Of a stretch of DNA of 33,593 nucleotides, positions 27,022 to 33,593 are shown piece by piece (within the stretch, counting starts at the first letter, position 1; every line of letters begins with the position of its first letter). The stretch is from Bacteriophage P2. The translations under genes and the position numbers were made by a program. The notes under the pieces were generated by a model. That model worked only from the letters and a program-made list of their open reading frames with translations. It searched no databases and was not told the DNA's origin. The stretch lies in the sequence record NC_001895.1; one strand, written 5' to 3'.

Positions 27022-27246
27022 ATGCATACAGTTTCTGAAAATCAGTGCGGTATATACGCATTACTGCTGCAACAGGCCAGAACCGAAGCACAGGCCGACG
27101 CTGCGACGCGCTTTTCTTCTCATCTTGATGCCATGATTCGCCACATCACAAAGGCGGAGTTATCCCGCGTGGAGATAGTCGAGCTGCTCAGTCAGGAGTC
27201 GGAAAAATTTCACAATATCGGATTGTCTCGCGGGGAGGTGCTTTGA
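27022..27246 (+). CDS. Small early protein of unknown function (orf80 position)
   Basis: ATG 27022 with GGAGAAA RBS at 27012-27018; ORF-track upstream extension has no RBS. Confidence 0.6.
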
Positions 27247-27548
27247 TGTTCTGTTCTCGTGCAGTTGTATTACTGAATAACGCCTTAAAAATCGCCGTTA
27301 TGAAAAATGGCGATTTGTCTCTTATTCAACTTGGTCTTGATAAAGAAAAACGCGAAATAACTGAATCTGTTATCGCGATTTATCAGAGTGAATTAAACCT
27401 CCTGTCTGATGTGGTCAATTTACTTGTTAAACGCGCTGTATTTCACAAGCAAATTTCCTCCGTGGATGAACTGACGAAATTAACGACAGAAATCGCCAGC
27501 TATTGCGCTGATGAATTTAAAAAACTGAACGACAAAAGGAACTGGTAA
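27246..27548 (+). CDS. Small early protein of unknown function (orf81 position)
   Basis: ORF track begins at a TTG (27243); ATG 27246 overlaps the preceding stop (TGATG); 100 aa. Confidence 0.6.
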   Translation: MFCSRAVVLLNNALKIAVMKNGDLSLIQLGLDKEKREITESVIAIYQSELNLLSDVVNLLVKRAVFHKQISSVDELTKLTTEIASYCADEFKKLNDKRNW

Positions 27549-27772
27549 TGCCGGACAACGTAGATTTTATTCAGGAACAACAGGCTGAATTACTGGAGCG
27601 CCAGATTAACGCGGCAAGGGTAAAACATTGCGGTGCTTCTGCGCTGGTTTGCGAAGAGTGTGACGCGCCAATACCTGCTGCCCGTCGTGCGGCTTACCCG
27701 TCAGCCACGCGTTGTGTTTCCTGTCAGTCAGTCTTTGAAGCAAAAAACAAACATTACCGGAGAACGGCATGA
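27548..27772 (+). CDS. Small C4 zinc-finger protein, TraR/DksA-like (orf82 position)
   Basis: 74 aa with C-x2-C ... C-x2-C arrangement (CEECDAPIPAARRAAYPSATRCVSCQ), typical of TraR/DksA-type zinc fingers. Confidence 0.65.
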   Translation: MPDNVDFIQEQQAELLERQINAARVKHCGASALVCEECDAPIPAARRAAYPSATRCVSCQSVFEAKNKHYRRTA

Positions 27773-28044
27773 GTATTCGTATTGAAATTGGCGAACGTTA
27801 TGTCGTTACCAGTGACAGCTTTCAGTTTATTCTCCACGAGAAAAAGAGAGCGGAAAGCGGTAAAAACGCCGGTCAGGAATGGCTGGCGGTGGTTGGTTAT
27901 TACCCGAAATTAAGCCAGCTCGTTTCAGGCCTGATGCATCACGATATTCTGACCGGAAGCGCAAAGTCTTTTGCTGATTTAAACGTGCAGGTTGAGCAAC
28001 TCAGCAAGCGTTGTTCAGAGGCTTTTGGCTCATATGGCCGTTAA
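27769..28044 (+). CDS. Small early protein of unknown function (orf83 position)
   Basis: 91-aa ORF overlapping the preceding stop; translationally coupled to A. Confidence 0.6.
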   Translation: MSIRIEIGERYVVTSDSFQFILHEKKRAESGKNAGQEWLAVVGYYPKLSQLVSGLMHHDILTGSAKSFADLNVQVEQLSKRCSEAFGSYGR

Positions 28045-30319
28045 AGCCTCCGGGCGTTTTGTCCCTCCGTCAGCATTTGCCGCAGGCACCGGTAAGATGT
28101 TTACCGGTGCTTATGCATGGAACGCGCCACGCGAGGCCGTCGGGCGCGAAAGACCCCTTACACGTGACGAGATGCGTCAGATGCAAGGTGTTTTATCCAC
28201 GATTAACCGCCTGCCTTACTTTTTGCGCTCGCTGTTTACTTCACGCTATGACTACATCCGGCGCAATAAAAGCCCGGTGCACGGGTTTTATTTCCTCACA
28301 TCCACTTTTCAGCGTCGTTTATGGCCGCGCATTGAGCGTGTGAATCAGCGCCATGAAATGAACACCGACGCGTCGTTGCTGTTTCTGGCAGAGCGTGACC
28401 ACTATGCGCGCCTGCCGGGAATGAATGACAAGGAGCTGAAAAAGTTTGCCGCCCGTATCTCATCGCAGCTTTTCATGATGTATGAGGAACTCAGCGATGC
28501 CTGGGTGGATGCACATGGCGAAAAAGAATCGCTGTTTACGGATGAGGCGCAGGCTCACCTCTATGGTCATGTTGCTGGCGCTGCACGTGCTTTCAATATT
28601 TCCCCGCTTTACTGGAAAAAATACCGTAAAGGACAGATGACCACGAGGCAGGCATATTCTGCCATTGCCCGTCTGTTTAACGATGAGTGGTGGACTCATC
28701 AGCTCAAAGGCCAGCGTATGCGCTGGCATGAGACGTTACTGATTGCTGTCGGGGAGGTGAATAAAGACCGTTCTCCTTATGCCAGTAAACATGCCATTCG
28801 TGATGTGCGTGCACGCCGCCAAGCAAATCTGGAATTTCTTAAATCGTGTGACCTTGAAAACAGGGAAACCGGCGAGCGCATCGACCTTATCAGTAAGGTG
28901 ATGGGCAGTATTTCTAATCCTGAAATTCGCCGGATGGAGCTGATGAACACCATTGCCGGTATTGAGCGTTACGCCGCCGCAGAGGGTGATGTGGGGATGT
29001 TTATCACGCTTACCGCGCCTTCAAAGTATCACCCGACACGTCAGGTCGGAAAAGGCGAAAGTAAAACCGTCCAGCTAAATCACGGCTGGAACGATGAGGC
29101 ATTTAATCCAAAGGATGCGCAGCGTTATCTCTGCCATATCTGGAGCCTGATGCGCACGGCATTCAAAGATAATGATTTACAGGTCTACGGTTTGCGTGTC
29201 GTCGAGCCACACCACGACGGAACGCCGCACTGGCATATGATGCTTTTTTGTAATCCACGCCAGCGTAACCAGATTATCGAAATCATGCGTCGCTATGCGC
29301 TCAAAGAGGATGGCGACGAAAGAGGAGCCGCGCGAAACCGTTTTCAGGCAAAACACCTTAACCAGGGCGGTGCTGCGGGGTATATCGCGAAATACATCTC
29401 AAAAAACATCGATGGCTATGCACTGGATGGTCAGCTCGATAACGATACCGGCAGACCGCTGAAAGACACTGCTGCGGCTGTTACCGCATGGGCGTCAACG
29501 TGGCGCATCCCACAATTTAAAACGGTTGGTCTGCCGACAATGGGGGCTTACCGTGAACTACGCAAATTGCCTCGCGGCGTCAGCATTGCTGATGAGTTTG
29601 ACGAGCGCGTCGAGGCTGCACGCGCCGCCGCAGACAGTGGTGATTTTGCGTTGTATATCAGCGCGCAGGGTGGGGCAAATGTCCCGCGCGATTGTCAGAC
29701 TGTCAGGGTCGCCCGTAGTCCGTCGGATGAGGTTAACGAGTACGAGGAAGAAGTCGAGAGAGTGGTCGGCATTTACGCGCCGCATCTCGGCGCGCGTCAT
29801 ATTCATATCACCAGAACGACGGACTGGCGCATTGTGCCGAAAGTTCCGGTCGTTGAGCCTCTGACTTTAAAAAGCGGCATCGCCGCGCCTCGGAGTCCTG
29901 TCAATAACTGTGGAAAGCTCACCGGTGGTGATACTTCGTTACCGGCTCCCACACCTTCTGAGCACGCCGCAGCAGTGCTTAATCTGGTTGATGACGGTGT
30001 TATTGAATGGAATGAACCGGAGGTCGTGAGGGCGCTCAGGGGCGCATTAAAATACGACATGAGAACGCCAAACCGTCAGCAAAGAAACGGAAGCCCGTTA
30101 AAACCGCATGAAATTGCACCATCTGCCAGACTGACCAGGTCTGAACGATTGCAGATCACCCGTATCCGCGTTGACCTTGCTCAGAACGGTATCAGGCCTC
30201 AGCGATGGGAACTTGAGGCGCTGGCGCGTGGAGCAACCGTAAATTATGACGGGAAAAAATTCACGTATCCGGTCGCTGATGAGTGGCCGGGATTCTCAAC
30301 AGTAATGGAGTGGACATGA
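28034..30319 (+). CDS. A: Rolling-circle replication initiator (HUH endonuclease family)
   Basis: ATG 28034 (MAVKAS...) gives 761 aa; HUH-like metal-binding motif PHWHMMLF and tyrosine pair in AAGYIAKYISKNIDGY. Confidence 0.85.
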   Translation: MAVKASGRFVPPSAFAAGTGKMFTGAYAWNAPREAVGRERPLTRDEMRQMQGVLSTINRLPYFLRSLFTSRYDYIRRNKSPVHGFYFLTSTFQRRLWPRIERVNQRHEMNTDASLLFLAERDHYARLPGMNDKELKKFAARISSQLFMMYEELSDAWVDAHGEKESLFTDEAQAHLYGHVAGAARAFNISPLYWKKYRKGQMTTRQAYSAIARLFNDEWWTHQLKGQRMRWHETLLIAVGEVNKDRSPYASKHAIRDVRARRQANLEFLKSCDLENRETGERIDLISKVMGSISNPEIRRMELMNTIAGIERYAAAEGDVGMFITLTAPSKYHPTRQVGKGESKTVQLNHGWNDEAFNPKDAQRYLCHIWSLMRTAFKDNDLQVYGLRVVEPHHDGTPHWHMMLFCNPRQRNQIIEIMRRYALKEDGDERGAARNRFQAKHLNQGGAAGYIAKYISKNIDGYALDGQLDNDTGRPLKDTAAAVTAWASTWRIPQFKTVGLPTMGAYRELRKLPRGVSIADEFDERVEAARAAADSGDFALYISAQGGANVPRDCQTVRVARSPSDEVNEYEEEVERVVGIYAPHLGARHIHITRTTDWRIVPKVPVVEPLTLKSGIAAPRSPVNNCGKLTGGDTSLPAPTPSEHAAAVLNLVDDGVIEWNEPEVVRALRGALKYDMRTPNRQQRNGSPLKPHEIAPSARLTRSERLQITRIRVDLAQNGIRPQRWELEALARGATVNYDGKKFTYPVADEWPGFSTVMEWT

Positions 30320-30645
30320 TGGCAAAAATTCACGAGGTAAAGCTGCACGCAAAATATTTCGACCTTGTACTGGAAGGAAAGAAACGCGCAGAGTTTCGGA
30401 AAAAAGATCGTAATTATGAGCGCGGGGACACGTTGATTTTGCATGAATGGGTGCAGGGTGTGTTTACGGGGCGAAAGGTTGAAGCCCGGATAACAGATGT
30501 TACTGACCTGTCAGACTGGCTGGAAGATTATGTCTTGCTGCACAGAATACTAGGTGAGATACTGCCGCTGACTGTCAAGCTGGCAGTATCCTCCACATTT
30601 TTTATAAATCTAAGGCGAAGAACGGTGGCAATATATTTGCTTTAA
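30316..30645 (+). CDS. ASCH/DUF3850-like small protein (orf91 position)
   Basis: ATGATG at 30316-30321 overlapping the A stop; pattern KIHEVKLHAKYFDLVLEGKKRAEFRKKDRNYERGDTLILHEW resembles ASCH/DUF3850 (PUA-like) domain proteins. Confidence 0.65.
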   Translation: MMAKIHEVKLHAKYFDLVLEGKKRAEFRKKDRNYERGDTLILHEWVQGVFTGRKVEARITDVTDLSDWLEDYVLLHRILGEILPLTVKLAVSSTFFINLRRRTVAIYLL

Positions 30646-30683
30646 ATTGTAAATAAGCAAATTATTCTAAGCCACAAATGATA

Positions 30684-31445
30684 TCAATTGAGTATCGATT
30701 TTCGTTCGAATATAACCATAACGCCAAGCGTCAAATGTAAGTCATCTATATGTGATTCGTATTCATATTGGTCAGCATCAGGAGATAGTAAATGCTCTGC
30801 TGCTGTAAAAACATCAATTGTAACAGATATATCGTCTGGAATTTCTTCATTTAATTCGGATATGTATTTTTTATATTTGTTTTTTAATTTCCTTATCATG
30901 TCTTCCTTATGGTGGATTGTAGTGCAGTAATTTTTTTTAGTTGAATCATTGTATGAATGGAATGAACAGTTTAATGCTAGGCCAAGACTTGAATTTCCTG
31001 TAGGGCCTGTGTGTTTAAAGTATTCAAGATTTCTTCTTATGTCAGAAAATAAAAGACTTTTACAGGGGGCATTTCCTTTAACTTCTATTGCACATATTGG
31101 AATGTCGAAAAATGGTCTGCTGTCCAATATGGCAATATCAATTCTGCCTGATCTTGTTGTGTTTGTGTTTTTTCTGACAGTTTTTTTTGAGAATATTTTT
31201 TGGGGGTCAGACCGTTTCGATAAAGGAACTGTTGCATTAATGAATTTATTTGTATGGTACTCAAATATAACTTTGTAATCACCATGGCGAAAAGATTTTA
31301 TTTCTAACAACGATAGACCTATAGATACGGTAGCTACATATTCAGTGTTTATTTTTGCACCAGACCTGAAATCCATTAAATAAGTTGCGTCGGCTGACTT
31401 TTTCATTCCATCTTTTACAGCTTTCACAATATCCATGTTATTCAT
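30684..31445 (-). CDS. tin: Low-GC accessory gene: 253-aa protein at the tin position (T-even phage inhibition), with a possible PD-(D/E)xK-like motif
   Basis: ATG at 31443-31445 with AGGTG RBS; AT-rich; minus strand downstream of old; motif IDIAILD...x13...EVK in residues about 101-123; gene symbol assigned from position in the P2 map. Confidence 0.75.
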   Translation of the reverse strand: MNNMDIVKAVKDGMKKSADATYLMDFRSGAKINTEYVATVSIGLSLLEIKSFRHGDYKVIFEYHTNKFINATVPLSKRSDPQKIFSKKTVRKNTNTTRSGRIDIAILDSRPFFDIPICAIEVKGNAPCKSLLFSDIRRNLEYFKHTGPTGNSSLGLALNCSFHSYNDSTKKNYCTTIHHKEDMIRKLKNKYKKYISELNEEIPDDISVTIDVFTAAEHLLSPDADQYEYESHIDDLHLTLGVMVIFERKSILN

Positions 31446-31619
31446 ATCAACACCTTTTATATTCCAGAATTATAAATCTTAATGATTGATTTGTTTGTGT
31501 GTTTAGGTTACTAGATTGACGTACTTATAGCACATTCTGATTTTGAAATCACCATCCTTGGGTAAAGCACAGCCTATCACTATTGGTTTAGTACTGTGCT
31601 GTAATAGTATCAGATTAAG

Positions 31620-33380
31620 TTAAATCCATTTTATGAAATCTTCCATTTCATCATATTTTTTTATTACTGCTCTAACATCTTTGCTTTCATCACATAAACA
31701 ATCTAAAAGACTATCCCATTCAGTTTGTTTTTTACCAAATCCATAAACAGCCTCTATATCACCGGATTTCCATATATAGATTCCGTTATCTTTCAATTTT
31801 TGATGTATTTCATGTATATGCTTTTGTGTTTTTTCATGGTTACATATTTTGATGAAGTCTTTGCTTGAAATGCTTTTGAATGACTCAAAAGTAGTAACTT
31901 TTGTATTTAAACTAAGCTCTCCTGAGTTGATTGATTCAATCAAAGCAGTCAATAGATTATCACATTCAGTACTAAGTAAGTCTTTATGCTCTGTTAATAG
32001 AATATTTGATAAGAAATCACAATCAGCTAGAATCCTTGTTTTTATGCCGATGGCATTGATGATTTGTGACATCTTAAATAAACTACCCTTACCGTCAACG
32101 GCAACAATGCAGATTTTACTCGGGTTGAGTTCATGTCCGTTAATTTTTTTATAAAGTGCATATAGAACGTTTGTCTCTGTTTTCCCTTCAACAAGCAAAA
32201 CTTCTTCAGAAAATAAAAGGTATGATGAATTAGAAAGCGTGAATGCTGAGTGCAATTGCGGTGATGAAGATTTATATAATTCTTCGATTTTTTCAGATAT
32301 AGTCTTCCTTGCTATGGTTCCATTAGAATCCTTACAAACCTGAATCGCATTTGCTGCATGCTTTGCAGAAAGCATACTGGCTGAGTGAGTTGATATTATA
32401 ACCTGATACCCTGATTCACTTAATGTGACAAGTGATTCTCTGACAGAATTAATGGCTGAAGGGTGTAAATATAACTCAGGTTCATCAATGAAAATCAAAG
32501 TGTTTGATTTTTTTGATTCGCTGTTTTCTTTTTTTATTTCGGCCAGGTATTGAATTAATGCCATTTGAATGGAACGTTGTGTTCCGTGACCAAATCGGCT
32601 GATATCTCTCATTACCGGTTCATCTTCCCGAGACTCAAAAACTTTCAGAGTGCCGGATTTAAATATCTCATCTAATGTCGGTGTGGGAAAGTGTAACTTT
32701 ACACTTACGTCAGGAAAAAATTGGTTTACTTTTTTATTTACACCTGAGTCTATTTTATTAAGGCTTTCTAATCTGTTCTCACCGTTGTGAGAAAGATATT
32801 TACCTATTTCTGATATGTTTTTTGAAAATTTTTCTTCGTGTTCTTGTTTTATTTCAGAAACAATTGCGGAAAGTATCTTTCCTATTGTGGTCGTGTTTTT
32901 GCATTTTGTTGAGTCTTCGACAGCGTCAGACATTGCAGGGATATGAATTGGTTCCGGAAATATATTGGAGATTGCACCATCTATGCCGCCAGGGTTTTTC
33001 TTCCACGTGGTACCGTCATATACATCCAGACTTTTTTTGGCTTTTCCTGTTTCCTTATTAAATTCCTGTCTTCTTGCAAAGGTAAGAGTCCCGTCAATTA
33101 TAAACGGAGCTATTTTTTGTTGATTCTCTTCTGTTAACAAAGACAGAGTATCATCTGTTATACCTTGAATAACGCCTTCAACGGATACGGGGTGTGTAGG
33201 ATCGTACACATCTGATTCTGAAATCAAAGAGCCATCTAACAGCCACTTAATTGCTAAGATAATATTTGATTTTCCTGCGTTATTATAACCAACTAAAGCA
33301 GTGAAGGGGCGCAAAATAGCCGATGTTGACTTACAAGAACGAAAGTTGCTAATTGAAACTGAAGCAAGACGTACAGTCAT
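31620..33380 (-). CDS. old: OLD-family nuclease: N-terminal ABC-type ATPase fused to C-terminal TOPRIM domain (anti-phage / overcoming lysogenisation defect)
   Basis: 586 aa; Walker A GYNNAGKSN near N-terminus; Walker B LIFIDEPELYLHP; TOPRIM-like LLVEGKTETNVL and DxD in ILADCDFLS; AT-rich; last gene before right cos. Confidence 0.85.
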   Translation of the reverse strand: MTVRLASVSISNFRSCKSTSAILRPFTALVGYNNAGKSNIILAIKWLLDGSLISESDVYDPTHPVSVEGVIQGITDDTLSLLTEENQQKIAPFIIDGTLTFARRQEFNKETGKAKKSLDVYDGTTWKKNPGGIDGAISNIFPEPIHIPAMSDAVEDSTKCKNTTTIGKILSAIVSEIKQEHEEKFSKNISEIGKYLSHNGENRLESLNKIDSGVNKKVNQFFPDVSVKLHFPTPTLDEIFKSGTLKVFESREDEPVMRDISRFGHGTQRSIQMALIQYLAEIKKENSESKKSNTLIFIDEPELYLHPSAINSVRESLVTLSESGYQVIISTHSASMLSAKHAANAIQVCKDSNGTIARKTISEKIEELYKSSSPQLHSAFTLSNSSYLLFSEEVLLVEGKTETNVLYALYKKINGHELNPSKICIVAVDGKGSLFKMSQIINAIGIKTRILADCDFLSNILLTEHKDLLSTECDNLLTALIESINSGELSLNTKVTTFESFKSISSKDFIKICNHEKTQKHIHEIHQKLKDNGIYIWKSGDIEAVYGFGKKQTEWDSLLDCLCDESKDVRAVIKKYDEMEDFIKWI

Positions 33381-33574
33381 TATTTTTCCTTAAATGTGCT
33401 ATTTGTATGCAATGAGTTCATACGAAACGCTTTTTTACATTTTATAGTCGTTGCATTCAAGGGTGCATGAGATTGCATTAAGGGAAACTGTGATATGGCT
33501 TGGCTTTTGACTGGAAATACTGATGGCTCATTAGTTTTATTAAGGTGCATTAAAACCGCCCCGTGAAGCGGGCG

Positions 33575-33593
33575 GGCGAGGCGGGGAAAGCAC
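33575..33593 (+). repeat. cos: Right cohesive-end (cos) sequence, identical to 1-19
   Basis: Exact 19-nt identity with the window start; preceded by GC-rich palindrome CCGCCC...GGGCGG at about 33557-33577. Confidence 0.8.

Overview
The window reads as one complete P2-type temperate myophage genome in virion (cos-to-cos) orientation, not an integrated prophage. The same 19-nt sequence GGCGAGGCGGGGAAAGCAC sits at both ends (1-19 and 33575-33593), and attP with its integrase is intact and internal. Gene order and protein lengths match phage P2 throughout: Q-P (minus strand), O-N-M-L-X-Y-K-lysA-lysB/lysC-R-S, V-W-J-I-H-G, FI-FII-E/E'-T-U-D-ogr, attP-int-C, cox-orf78-B-orf80..83-A-orf91. Three AT-rich, minus-strand islands interrupt the high-GC plus-strand operons: a 261-aa three-helix membrane protein between S and V (9439-10224), a 528-aa P-loop NTPase between G and FI (15675-17261, the Z/fun position), and a 253-aa protein plus a 586-aa OLD-type ATPase-TOPRIM nuclease between A and cos (30684-33380, the tin-old position). 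These are the anti-phage/lysogenic-conversion candidates and the best places to look for an undescribed system. Other features read directly from the sequence include the E/E' -1 frameshift site, the nested lysC, attP arm repeats, C operator repeats and several hairpins. No tRNA, rRNA, CRISPR array or IS element was seen. All identifications rest on reading the sequence and recalled family knowledge; no database search or alignment was run. Several ORF-track starts are non-ATG or upstream of a better RBS-ATG and have been adjusted as stated.
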